From NCBI GenBank assembly GCA_951406725.2, contig OX597814.1:90148001-90212000 (forward strand): a stretch of DNA of 64,000 nt, in the 5' to 3' direction. Under the pieces are notes generated by a model. It did no database searches. It was not told the DNA's origin and saw only the letters and a list, made by a program, of their open reading frames with translations. Origin of the DNA: Octopus vulgaris. Taxonomy: Eukaryota. Below, in pieces: positions 27,290 through 41,584 of this stretch. Positions within the stretch are counted from its first letter, which is position 1. The number at the start of each line of letters is the position of its first letter. Position numbers and translations under genes: made by a program.

Positions 27290-28482
27290 GAACGATCTTC
27301 AGGAAATGGACAGGAAAGCTAGAAAAGTGATGACAATTAACAAGAAACTACACCACAAAAGCGATACTGACAGACTGTATGTGCCTAGAAACAGGGTTTG
27401 AAGAGGTCTCATGAGATGTAAGAACTGTGTTGCCAATGAGAAGAACAGTCTGGTATGGTCCATCAAATAGCAGAGTGAAACCTTGCTTGCCGCTGTTAGA
27501 ATTAACAATATAATACCTACTGAAAATGTTATGTACCCACACATATTTACGCAACAAGATGAAGAAGAAAGAGCAAAATGAAACCACTGCATGGGCAATA
27601 CCTCACAGAAATTGAAGGAAAAGACAAGATCAACACTTGGAGAAGGCTAATAGAAAGTGATCTGAAAGGATGCACTGAGGAATTGATATGCAGCGCAGCG
27701 CCCAGGGACAAGCTCTGAGAATGAATTACACCAAGCTCCAAATAGATAATAGTAGCGAATCGGCCCTTTATAGGATGTGTGGCAGCAGAAAGTAAACAAT
27801 CTCATATATTGTGAGTGAGTGTAGCAAGCTGGCCCAAAAGCACTACAAAAGGAAGCAAAATAACGGGGCTAAGTTCGTCAACTGAAAGCTACGTGAAATG
27901 TACGGCCTCAATTGAGCATGGAAATGATACGAACATGAACCAGAAGGCGTCATCGAGAACAAGGAACACATGATATTGTGCGATTTTACAATCCAATTTG
28001 ACTCCCTAATCAAGGCTCGGAGACCAGATATTGTTGTGGGAGAGAAAAAATTTTGTTGTGGGAAAAAGGAAATCAAGCTCATTGATATTGCAATACGCAT
28101 AACTGACAAAGAACTAGAAAAGACTGAGAAGTACTGACTACTAAAAGAGGAATTTGCAAGAATGTGGACTACGAGGAGAGTGTCTGTCATTCCAGTAATT
28201 GTAGAGGCACTCGGAGCATTGACAACCAAGATTTAGAAATACGTAAAAGAAATCCAAATTGTTACTAGAGCAGAGGAAACCCCAAAATCTGCTCTGCTGG
28301 GGACAGTTAGGATTTTGAGAATAGTACTTGTATGTTGAATGTCTCCCACGATAATTCACAACCAAGAACCAATTTTTATAATGTGTGGATACCCTGGCAG
28401 CAGGCTGATTTCTGGCAGCAGGCTGTTGTCCACTCTCACAGAATCTACCAGAGCAAACAAGACCGCTCGTTCTGAGAAGTAA
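27290..28482 (+). mobile_element. Another R4/Dong-clade 3' fragment with 3' UTR, followed by a (TAA)n tail
   Basis: DRKARKVMTINKKLHHKSDTDRLYVPR, RMCG...ISHIVSECSKLAQKHY, RRPDIVV, IDIAI, IPVIVEALG; (AAT)n from 28483. Confidence 0.85.
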
Positions 28483-28564
<82 letters not shown>

Positions 28565-28593
28565 GCAACAACAACAATAACAACAACAATAAT
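28483..28593. repeat. (AAT)n/(AAC)n microsatellite (Dong tail or target)
   Basis: Seen directly. Confidence 0.97.
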
Positions 28594-28924
28594 ACTTTAG
28601 GTACAAGATCTGAAATCATGTGGAAGGTGAAACGATCAAAGGCAAAGTCGCACTCGGAAATGAGAACTCACATCATAAACCCAGAAGAATCTCTCACCTC
28701 TCAGAATTAATCATACATTTCCGTTCACACTTAACGTTCAGCGTACAAACACTGATATGCTCTCATCCATCTACTATGACAAGAGGTATTGTATTAATTT
28801 ATCTCCAGTTGAACCTATTCGATACATACACAGTCGGCGATCATGGAATCTACTGAGCAACGGTCAAGTGATCAGGCTGCAAATAATCACTTGCATGTAC
28901 ACTCATATATGTACGCACACACGC

Positions 28925-28977
<53 letters not shown>

Positions 28978-29072
28978 TACACACAGATGCATATCGATTT
29001 TCTTCTCTTTCTATTTGTATATATACATAGAAGTGTGTGTGTGTGTGTGTAGGTATACATATTTGCATGTAT

Positions 29073-29466
29073 ACTCTTTTACTCTTTTACTTATTTCAGT
29101 CATTTGACTGCGGCCATGCTGGAGCACCGCCTTTAGTCGAGCAAATCGACCCCGGGACTTATTCTTTGTAAGTCTCTTTTGCCGAACTGCCAAAGTGACG
29201 GGGAGGTAAACACACCAGCATCGGTTGTCAAGCAATGCTAGGGGGACAAACACAGACACACAAACACATACACACACATACATATATATATATATACATA
29301 TATATACGACAGGCTTCTTTCAGTTTCCGTCTACCAAATCCACTCACAAGGCATTGGTTGGCCCGGGGCTATAGCAGAAGACACTTGCCCAAGATTCCAC
29401 GCAGTGGGACTGAACCCGGAACCATGTGGTTGGTTAGCAAGCTACTTACCACACAGCCACTCCTGC
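29073..29466 (-). mobile_element. Full-length tRNA-derived SINE, family A (resembles octopus OR-type SINEs)
   Basis: Minus-strand head gcaggagTGGCTGTGTGGtaag (A box) ... GGTTCAGTCCC (B box), an internal (TA/TG) tract, and a 3' end ggcggtgctccagcatggccgcagtcaaatgactgaaa plus a (gtaaaaga)n tail. Confidence 0.92.
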
Positions 29467-29636
29467 ATGTACGTCTTTGGACTGAGACCATTTTGGGGCA
29501 GCTCCTTGAAGAGGTTAGTCGAATAAATCGACAGAAGTACTTATTTTTAACCCGGTATTTATTCTAGCCCCCACTCATTCGTTCTTTCTCTTTATTTCTC
29601 TGTGTGCGTGTATATATATATATATATATATAAAAT

Positions 29637-29690
29637 GGCGGTGCCCCAGCATGGCCACAGCTCGTGAGCTGAAACTAGATAAAATAAAAA
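29637..29690 (+). mobile_element. Isolated LINE-type 3' terminus
   Basis: ggcggtgccccagcatggccacagctcgtgagctgaaact plus an A-rich tail; matches the LINE end at 60025-60063. Confidence 0.7.
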
Positions 29691-29708
29691 TAATATATAT
29701 ATATATGT

Positions 29709-29912
29709 ACTTTTACTTGTTTCAGTCATTTGACTGCGGCCATGCTGGACCACCGCCTTTTACTTACACAGGGTTATTCTTGGGAAGCCTAGTAATTATT
29801 ATATCGTTCTTTTTTGCCGAACGGCTAAGTTACGGGGACATCAACACACTAGCATCGGTTGCTAAGCGATGTTGGGAGAGGGGGACAAACACAGACACAC
29901 AAACATATTAAC

Positions 29913-29953
<41 letters not shown>

Positions 29954-30110
29954 TACGACGGGCTTCTTTCAGTTTCCGTCTGGCAAATCCATTCACAAGG
30001 CTTTGGTCGGCCCGAGGTTAAAGTAGAAGACATTTGCACAAGGTGGAATGCAGTGTAGGATTGGATCCGAAGCCATGTGTTTGGGAAGGAGCTCCATATT
30101 ACACGATCAT
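29709..30110 (-). mobile_element. SINE family A, second copy
   Basis: Co-linear similarity to 29073-29466. Confidence 0.88.
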
Positions 30111-30896
30111 GCTACACGTCCATATCTGTTTCATGTATACAACAGATATTTCCTGTTGATTTCAATGTTGTGTGAACAAATATACAACATTTATTACATT
30201 TAAGACCAAAGTGATCGAGTACGACACAGAAATTCTCAGAGAGAATCAGCGTTAGACAAATTTGGAGGGCATGTATCATTGAATTAAGTTACAGCACATG
30301 TGATAAGTTTTGTGCAATATGCATCAAAACAAATTCTATTTATAGCTCTGTCAAGACGCCGGTTGGGGATAGCCCACAGAAAGCCTCATGGTTTCGAGGT
30401 AGGCTCCTAAATCATAGAACCGTGACTGCTCATATATGTATGTGTATTTATATGTATTTGTATATGTATTTATATATATACATATATATATATATACACA
30501 TACACACATATATGCGCTCGTGTGTGTGTGTGTGGTTGTATATATATTTCCTCACACTCATACTCAAATCGCGCACACACATATGGAGGATATAAGTCGT
30601 TCTACAATACAGATTCATTCGTTCCTTCACCTGAATCAGTTGATTTTCAATAAACTGTGTTTGAGTAATTCAGAGACACTTGTATCTTAAATATAATCCT
30701 CTGGCATAATAGTGCGTGAGAACTCCGTACCCTTTGACATACTGGTACTCTCCATGACATTCTCTTTTATAAAATTTCCACCTACCCATTTTCTCTTTGT
30801 CGATGTGGGTCAACTTTAGTTTAGAGAAAAGGACATTTATCCAAAATTCAGCGCACGCATGATGAAACACAGGGCCGCATAATTGCGAAGAGAATC

Positions 30897-31042
30897 TTTT
30901 ACTCTTTTCTCTTTTACTTGTTTCAGTCATTTGACTGCGGCCACGCTGGAGCACCGACTTTAATCGAGCAATTCGATCCCGGGACTTATTCTTTTTGTAA
31001 GCCCAGTACTTATTCTATCGGTCTCTTTTGCCGAACCGCTAA
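30897..31042 (-). mobile_element. SINE family A, 3' half
   Basis: tttcagtcatttgactgcggccacgctggagcacc...ttttgccgaaccgctaag. Confidence 0.88.
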
Positions 31043-31592
31043 GAATGTGTATAAATGAATAACAGAATCCGTTAGAATGAATAACCACACTGAGGACAGG
31101 GTGTTTAAGCTATTAGATGATAAGAACATCAAGAGACAATTTGTCTTCATACTCTAGATCAGTCTCAAATTTTGAAGATGAAATATCGCATTGTGTTAAT
31201 TATTCTCAGAATAAGAAAACACACAGCGAAAATCGTATGCTGAAAACTTATACATTTTGTATTATATCGGTCTGGAGTAATTATATTGTCCATACCTCCT
31301 GTGGCAGTCACAGTGAGCCGAAACTTGTTTTGTGAGGGTGACACTCAAATGATTCACTAACAATAATTCTTTTTCACTGGAATTGTTAGATTTTCATTTA
31401 GAAAATGGAAATACAGTCTTCTCTAACTTATTTGCTGACCGCGAAGTAGTTTTAATAATTTGCAAGAGATGCTGCTTTATTCAATACCAACCTCTAATTG
31501 CCTCTCATTCATCTGTTATTTTAAGTACAAATATATTACAGAACTCGACTACAGCTACAGTCTATGTTTAAGTATGTATATATGTATAATAA

Positions 31593-33075
<1,483 letters not shown>

Positions 33076-33509
33076 TAGATTGGCATAGAAGAAATAGGAA
33101 GAAGAGAAAAATAAATATATACGTAGAGAGAAAATCTCTTAGAATAGAGAGACACTAGCGAATGAAGGAAGCAAGCGATGATTGAGATCATCTTAAATTT
33201 ATGTGAACATAATATTTCAGCCAGCCTCATTCGTAAATGCAATTTCCGTCAAGAATCGTCTTTCTAATACATTTTTTAGTCGTTCCATATGTTTATAAAA
33301 AGGAGTTTTAACGGAAGAAAATTGAAAATTCATTAATATATTTGTAACCTATTCTATATTTACTCTCAAAGTAATCTTTAGCTTGTTTGCATCGCGTAAA
33401 CGTGAGTGGAGAATGTATGTAGTTTATTCATGCTGGGAAACCGTTGCAAACGAGTAAAAGTGGCCAGAATTCTATGATCTGTTTTGCTGTTATGGGAAAT
33501 GATATAATT

Positions 33510-33711
33510 TGCTAATTCTGGCAGAAAGCCTCCATGTTCGGGGGAGGCGTTAAGTCGATTACGTCAATTCCAGTGCTCCTTGTTGTTACTTATTTTATCG
33601 ATTCCAAAAGAATGAAAGGCTAAGTCGACCGCGGCAGAATTTGAATTCAGAATATAAATACCACTAAGTTCTTTGTACGGCGTGCTAACGATTCTGCCAG
33701 CTCGCTGCCTT
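33510..33711 (-). mobile_element. SINE family B, near full-length
   Basis: Minus-strand head aggcagcgagctggcagaatcgttagcacgccg, B-box-like gaattcaaattc, central ctttcattcttttggaatcgataaaataagt. Confidence 0.85.
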
Positions 33712-35959
33712 ATCACCTATTTATAATGAAATGTGTTACCTGCTATAATTTCTCCTTTAATTCACCTACTGGTGAACTACCTTATAGTTTAAGCTTTCTT
33801 TATGATTTAAGCTCTTCTATATTTTCGCACGATTCGACCACACATATTTGGAAGGATATGTATGTAGGTGACATTTATAAATACTCACATAACATTTCAC
33901 TTAGGTGGAAACGAGTTATTTCTTCAGGAGCTTTTCGGGAGATTCATTAATGCCTGCTTCGATAGGACTGATAAACAATAAACAAAAATAAAAGGTTTAA
34001 AACCGTATGCTATTTCTGTGAGGAGAGGAAATGCATAACATTTCTTACGAAATGCAATTAATTTATCGAGGAATGATCAACGCTTTAGATGCTATCTCTC
34101 ATTGCCGCAACATTATATGCAATTCTTACGTACATTATATGCAATTCTTACGTACATTATATTTTCTTTTTCTTTTTGGCAAGTAAGAATGCCCATTGTT
34201 ATTTTAGGAATATTCTATTGTCAATTGAGTTACCACTAATTAACTTAAAGGGCAGATTTTAACTTAGATTCGAACTGGGCGAAATGGAATAATGAAAAGC
34301 ACATAATCAAATCTGTCACTGAAGCATCCATCTATACAATAAAAAAAAAATAGAAAAGAAACACATTATTTTGATGTTTTACATACATTTTAACGTAAAA
34401 TAGTTATTCCGCGAAACGGAATTGCAATGTCAAAGAAGTTCTATCGCGAGGAATTTTATTCTAAGTGCTACAAACTCAATTACATAATAGAATTTGAAAT
34501 GTCGAAAGCTGCTCGACCGTACATGTCTATCAAAAAGGAATCTGTTGCCCCAGTCAATATCTAAGGATGATAATTCTTGAAATATAACACTATAAATAAA
34601 AGGAATTAAATAAAATTGATCAATGCTATCCCCTCAAACTTATTTCGGTAGCTTGGATAATTAAATAAAATAATGCGGTAAAGTTCAAATTGAATAAACA
34701 AAATAAAGATGGAATATCAAATGAATGTCAAAATACAATAACGATAAATAAAATAAATTTAACATAAGTAATAGGAAATGCAATAGAACAGGCATAAAAT
34801 GAATATGAAGAAACTAAATTGAATTAATTATCGTTTTAAAATCATCGTGTATTTACTTAGAATGGATTTGAAGATAGGAATAAGTGACTAATATCTTCAC
34901 AAAATTTAATAATTAAACCTTAATTCGATTCAATGAAGTACAACTGATGTTTGAAGTGAATGGTTAATTAAACGCTGTCCCTGAAGTTAGATGGATACAT
35001 TATACAGATAATTTGTCATTATTTTGCAATTTCAGATAAGTGACACTGGGTCATTGAAAGTAATTAATTTCTTCAAAGTGTTACGAATGTCACCGACTAC
35101 TCGTTCAGAAACTGTGATTGTTTCAAATATCTCAAATATGTATATAATTGATTTTGCATGGAGGCATATAATCTACTAGGTTGAGGAAATTACGTTACAT
35201 GTCTTATTTACTCAACGGCAGAAAGGGTATTATTTAAGTAAAAATTATGTAATACAACAAATAGCCTCCTTCTCTAAGAAGTATATATGTATTAACAAAA
35301 TATCATATATGCAGTATTTTTGTAATTTTCCAGTTTTTATATCTATATGCCTTCTTTACGTCACTCGAAATTTGAGGGGTTTCCGCGCAAATTATGATGC
35401 CGAAAATTTGTACTAGTGTTGGATACGAGGCTCATCAAGGGTGATCGGCAACGTCACAAAGAGTACGAATGGATCCAAAATTAACCAAGAAAAGCCAGTG
35501 CAGCAAGGTTCTGAAGAGAGAACTCCATGCCGTCCCACTGTGACATGATGTACTGGAGAGATGATTGGTAAAATGCGTGGGTTCTTGTTGGTCTATATTT
35601 TCAGGCAGTCAGGAAACAAGCTGCAGTGACAAGGAGGGTATCTGGTCTCAGACAGAAATAGTCAGAGACGATACTATTCCTGAAGGGTTGGGCAGAAATT
35701 GGGAATGACTGCATTACCGCTGCCATCTTGTACTAGCTTACACCTCATTTCATGGGAGAGTCACTTAATTAGTTTTCTATAGAAAGAACTCGTTCAAATG
35801 GTTACTTGCTTTCAATACCCTCTACGTAGAGAAATGGATATGGGTAGCCAGATGACGCACAGACATGGTCTGACGTTATGAGATCTTCGGCGACTCCTTT
35901 GTAGTAAGCCGCACTGCCGATTAAAGATAAACTCTATAGATTAGGTAGACAGTTGCTAT

Positions 35960-36240
35960 CACATGTACGACGGAGACATCTACCAGGAGACTTCAATGCG
36001 AAAGTAACTTTTATCTGTCTGGAGGCCTTGGTGAAAGTGATTATGTACCGCACAGGACTGAAAGAGCTGAAGACTGACAGTGGCCTTCTTGCCCAATACC
36101 TCATGAAACTTTTAAAGGTTCACTTGAAAAAAGAGACTGGGTGTGGAAAAGGAAGTGCTGCTTTCCAGCAAATTCGTTGAAAAGTGAATGAGAATGGCAA
36201 GTGAATGAGAGTGAATTGGTTCGCTCTGAATAATGGGGAT
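35960..36240 (+). mobile_element. RTE-clade APE endonuclease remnant
   Basis: LPGDFNAKV, with VNENGK...FALNN downstream. Confidence 0.5.
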
Positions 36241-36587
36241 ATTGACCTGAAAGAGGACAGTTGGGAAAAGGATTTTGACTTAGTTGTCTGGGTAAACGAG
36301 CTTATGTATATTTAGGCCGGGAAAGAGATCTTCTTAATGTTTGATTATTTCGTTGTGTTTTGTTATTTTGCTTGTTTATTGGTCCTTTTTTTCAAAGTCA
36401 CTATTTATCTCTCTGTTTCTTTCTCCATCTACTTATTAATAATGTGCAGTTACTTATTTCTTCTTCTTCTTCTTCTTCTTCTTCTTCTTCTTCTTCTTCT
36501 TCTTCTTCTTCTTCTTCTTCTTCTTCTTCTTCTTCTTCTTCTGCTCCTCTTTCTTCCTCTTTTCTTCTCATCATTATTATTATTATT

Positions 36588-36952
36588 GAGTGAGAGAGCA
36601 GTACATGCCATCCATCAAAGTGACACTGGGGTAAAATATACGAAACCCAGTATACCCACCATGACTACCCGTATGATAAGGGTACACCAGGCACATGCAT
36701 CACAGCCATATGTGCGCAACATGGTGATCTCATATCAAGATAAACAGCACATAACCTAGCAGGTGGGGCTCAATTAGAATTTTCTGCAGATCGAGTAGCC
36801 CATCCCGCTCAAAAGATCCCTGAATAAGGTTTAAGGATGTTAAACGAAACACCCATGTTTCCAGAGGTGAATTATCCATACCCCAAAGAATTCCTCTCAA
36901 CACATGGCTATGATGCTCCCCTACTACTTCCGCTCGTGATCGGAGATGCACA
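36588..36952 (-). mobile_element. Non-coding short retroposon embedded in TAA repeats
   Basis: A ~50% GC block flanked by (ATT)n on both sides; the minus-strand end is ...ctgctctctcactc(aat)n. A (CTT)n lies at 36459-36542 and (ATT)n/(AAT)n at 36955-37101. Confidence 0.6.
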
Positions 36953-36998
<46 letters not shown>

Positions 36999-36999
36999 G

Positions 37000-37101
<102 letters not shown>

Positions 37102-37884
37102 TAGATGCCTTGAGAAACACAATAATATTTTTATAAAAAAAAGGAATTAGCTTTGCATTGAAAAATAAGTATGAATACTTGTAAGGTTATGTGTAAAGAT
37201 CCAAGGTTTATAATATATTCAACATCACCACATGTGTGCTATAACGTCATTCGCAGTTGCATGCTGTATATAATTCTAAACTTTCCTGTGTATACTTAAA
37301 GTTAACATGGACATTTCCTCATAGGTATTGGTGTTTATGATTCCAGCTGTGCCAATTATCGGATAGATATTTTAAACACTTTCTTAACTGACGTAATGTT
37401 TTTTTATTCAACAGTTATTTCAAAATAATTATTTGGGATTTAAATGCGTTTTTGCTGAGAATTATAGTTCTTTGGTATTATTAAGTGAATGACATTATTT
37501 TAAAATAGTTTTCAAGCCAAGAGCAAGTGCGATAGCCCTGAATACGTGTTGCCATTTGTTTAGGTTATATATTTTCTGTTATACTGGAAGTACCCTATAT
37601 ATTCCAACAAGTGTGGAAATATTTATCTAAGAGATTTCAGATTTCTCTACCTTCTTGCATTTAAAATCTTCCTTGGAACAGTTTCGTGCGTTGGTAACAC
37701 TGGAAGTACTGTAATGTCGATAAATATCCAGCATTGAATTATGCAGTGAGATGAATTTAGATAGTTACTTCTCTCTTACATCAGCTTTATTGCGAAATTT
37801 CGTTTGTTGTTCAAGGTGAAATTATAATGTTCATCTGCGGTATGAACTATACAGCTGCATACCATCCATAAAGAATTACCTGAG

Positions 37885-38262
37885 CTACCCTCTTTAACGC
37901 CACACTCTTCAACGTTTTTAAGAAGTGGATCATGTGTAATACCCTACAGGTCTGAGTGGGCAGAGTTTGTAGTAGAGAGGTGAACGTCTCAATCTGAAAT
38001 TTTCTGATGACAGCTATGTGCTGATAGAAAGAGTACCTGAGATGTACAGGAAACTACAGTTAATGAAGCATTTTAGATAAACGTAATAAATATGAACAAC
38101 AGAGACGAGAAATACTTCGATGATTTCTACACACTCTGGTTACTACAAAACAAAGAATCTTACTGCAGGAATACTGGAAATGTTATAATTGCTGAAAAAA
38201 AAGGTACTGCTGCAACACCTCACGTATATAGTACTTGGACTACATCATAAACGAAGAGGTAC
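37885..38262 (+). mobile_element. RTE-clade RT remnant
   Basis: TLFNVF, NLKFSDD (= NLRFADD), and later a YLG..INEE-like segment; heavily frameshifted. Confidence 0.6.
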
Positions 38263-38615
38263 CCCAAACCATCTGGCATCACATTGCACTACGTGTAGAT
38301 GTACGCACGTATGTATGTATGCATGTAGACGTATGGATGCATATATGCATATATATGTGTATATATATATATATATACACACCCATATATAAACACACAC
38401 ACACACACACGCGCATATATATATATATACATATAATAATAAATATTAGGGAATAAATCCAAATTTACAGGGAAAAAATCAGATTTAGGATTAAATCCAA
38501 TTTTATAGTAAAATATTATATAATATTAATTCGAGACAAAACCACTATTTTGCAAATCAAACAAGGAAAGACTTAATCAATACATAAAAAATTTTAATAT
38601 AAAGTAAATAAACCG

Positions 38616-38659
38616 CCACTACAATTGTTTCATGTCTTCAAATGACATTCGTCAGGTGG
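38616..38659 (-). ncRNA. Minimal type I hammerhead ribozyme, intact core
   Basis: CCAC-CUGACGA-AUGUC auuugaa GACAU-GAAAC-AAUU-GUA^GUGG: stem I CCAC/GUGG, 5-bp stem II, minimal stem III with palindromic CAAUUG. Confidence 0.88.
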
Positions 38660-38734
38660 ATTTCCGATCTTCTAATCAGTTTTAATTTATGAAGTTTAAT
38701 TTCATAAATTGAAACTGATTAGAAGATCGGAAAT

Positions 38735-38778
38735 CCACCTGACGATTGTCATTTGAAGACATGAAACAATTGTAGTGG
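38735..38778 (+). ncRNA. Minimal type I hammerhead ribozyme, mirror copy (one stem II mismatch)
   Basis: CCAC-CUGACGA-uUGUC auuugaa GACAu-GAAAC-AAUU-GUA^GUGG; predicted cleavage after 38774. Confidence 0.85.
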
Positions 38779-38999
38779 CGGTTTATTTACTTTATATTAA
38801 AATTTTTTATGTATTGATTAAGTCTTTCCTTGTTTGATTTGCAAAATAGTGGTTTTGTCTCGAATTAATATTATATATAGACATATATATATATATATTG
38901 TTAGGTAGATGCATACTCACACTCACACACATAAACTCACACTTATATATATATCTATATATAATCTGTTATCAGGAAGTGTCGTGACGGCACATACTC

Positions 39000-39560
39000 T
39001 AATTGTACTACTGAACAGAAATTCTTGCGCAGGATCGTTCACCGGTAGACAATGTACTGAATCATCTAAAAATAGGTGTCATGATACTTCTTTGTTTTCA
39101 ACTGTTATGTGGAGTTTGGTCTCATTGCCTTAGAATGGCTTGCGATTTCAAAATGGCCGAAGCATTTAGGAACAAAGCTCTATCATGTTTGTCATAAAAG
39201 TCGGCAAATCTATCATTTCACAGCATGCTTTTAGTGTTTCACAGTAAACGATACAAGTTCAAGTTTCTTGTGACAATCTTCTAGTAGATACTCTAAATGA
39301 TGTGAGAGTGTTGTGATATTGTTCGGTAACTGTCACATTTTTCAGCACTTTCTGGTGTTTTACTAGTGGTTGGTCGTTCTGAAAGATCCTCATCTTGAAC
39401 TAACTCTTAATCAAAATTCGATTGCCTGTTCAAGACACTCAGAAAAGGTGTTCGGCTGTAAGGAAAAACGAATAGAATAGTAGCGGTACATTTCCGTTCT
39501 TCTCCGCAAAGAAACCCAGTTTAAATACTTGTGTCTTTCTGTTGAATATTGTGTTATGAG
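39000..39560 (-). mobile_element. Mariner transposase remnant, N-terminal half
   Basis: KLG..., ELVQDEDLSERPTTSKTPESAEK (compare E.VEDEPRSGRP.TS.T.ENVEK), FVPK, and a decayed TG(D)E region, in the correct order. Confidence 0.65.
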
Positions 39561-41584
39561 TAATATCTTCATATACATAAATTACCACAGCATTTATTCC
39601 ATTTGAACGATTTCGCTTTTTATAAACTACCACTATTATCAAAATAATATAAAATAAAATAATTTATGTTTTGATTTGCGAATAATCATGTCCACATCTA
39701 TGAACATCTTTTAAAAAGGAGCAAGTAAGACAACTTCTATTGAACTATTAGGCAACTACATATTATTGTGAATAGCTTATATTCTAAGTCCATTAGCCAC
39801 GAATAGTGCGATATTCAGTTCTGAAACTTATACAGCAAGAGATAGAAGGAAGACGGTATAACGAACACCACAAGTATTACGTAAGTGCTACCTGTTGTAA
39901 TATGATGTAAAGAAGAAAATATTCATGTTTTAATTCTATTTTATATTTGCGTTAGTGATCTAACTGATACTGAGTAAATTGAAAATACCAATAACATTAC
40001 TGAAGATCCAAGTATTCTTTTGATTGTAATTACCTGACAACATATTACCCAAAGCATGCAGTATAGATAATGAACTTGTGTACTGTACACACAGCTTGTA
40101 CAAATAATTCATTATTTATCTCGTAGTGTTTGGTTGTAATTGAATACCGTTATATAAGAATACAGTAATTTACAAAGAAAATTACATTGACTGGAAATCA
40201 GCCATTGAGACCGCATCAAGTGGAACGTCATTTGAGATATCTGAGAAATGCAAAAGCAAATAATTGGATATATGCAGTTATAAGATTTCTCAAAGTTATC
40301 TTATTTCTGTTTGACCATGAATTACCTTTTGTTTGGTTCTAGCTAATGTGTTGGTGACTGTGAAAATGACAGATTCTTGGCATACCTGAGCTTCACAGTA
40401 AATGTAAATTACTTTTAGCAGATCAGATGACACGCATGGTAGAATCAAACGAAAGCCACATGAAAAGACAAGATCATTAACCTTTTACGCCAGTAGAAAA
40501 CGAATTGAAGGAGTTCAATATTTTTTTTTTATATTTCACAATTGTTGAATAAAATCCAGTGCACATGGTCCATTCGCGGTTCGTGGGAAACCGCTGACAT
40601 TGGTGCCATTAATATTTTACTTTATCTGCTGCAACTATATACCTACAACAGTTCCATAACCAGGGAAGACTTCCAGAGATCAAAATTCGCGCAAACGAGA
40701 ATCCTTGCTGACGTACGAAATGCCAAAAGCCATTTCATCATTGTTGAATTTAATCCGAATTATTTACACAAGGAAGAAACTATGATTATTCAGTAAGATC
40801 ATTCAAAGATTTCAATAGAAGATAGGTTACATTTATTTTATACTAAGACAATTTGGAAAGAAAAAAATCCTCTAAAATACGTACAGCTCAAGGGATTTTA
40901 AATTAGATTTTGACGTTTGTACTGCACAAAATTGAATTGCACATGAGTATTCATCAAAGAATTTCTGGGGTGGTCATAATAGATTACAAGCAGTTCTATA
41001 TGAGATAACTTAAGCAATAGCTTGTTTAGCAGTGGAAACTATACGCCAAACCTCGTTGGTCCAGCCACCGCAATATTTTCAATAGCAATTCACACAAGTG
41101 GTTCGACTCTAAAGCTACATCTTTCAGCTTCTTTGTACGGAATGTCCAGAACTAGATGAACTAGATGAACTGCATATATGAGAATAATTAAACTAATTTC
41201 ACAATATTCAAAAGTTTGTGGGAAAAGCAGTAATTGACCCTGATCACCCACAACTTACAACACTAGTCTGAACTGAATTAAATGACAATTTCAATTACAA
41301 GACTGCAATCTAAGGTGTCCTTTTGTCTTCTTTATAGTTAAAGGATTTGACAATGATCCGCCAAACAATTCTAACAAATTAAAACATGTGAATTTACATA
41401 TGTTGGGAACAATAATGGGGGCAGCGTTTTGAATTATATTCAAGAAAGTCAAGAACAATAGATTTAAGCATGAGAAAATCTCAACTATTAGAAGAGAACA
41501 TTGGAATTTCATTTGAATTCTCTGCTGGTTGCACAGTATAACTGTTTCTGACATTGCGCACAACTACAGAGTAAATGTTTTCCT

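Larger units (their letters stand above)
38445..38877. mobile_element. Fold-back element: 361-bp near-perfect palindrome (38517-38877) plus a ~70-bp one-sided extension; probable truncated, inverted Penelope-like pseudo-LTR
   Basis: Arms of about 177 bp centred on 38697, with only 2 mismatches found by eye. Each arm carries a hammerhead motif, and the element is flanked by TA-rich repeats. Confidence 0.85.

Noticed and set aside
29400-29466. tRNA gene
   Set aside because: The A/B boxes belong to a SINE head; there is no full cloverleaf and the SINE body follows.
35036-35059. Plus-strand micro-exon after attttgcaatttcag
   Set aside because: Weak donor, two frames closed, no supporting context.
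41520-41563. CAQCQKQLYC, MYND-finger-like peptide
   Set aside because: A stop follows within a few codons and the upstream GT-AG gap is only 24 nt.
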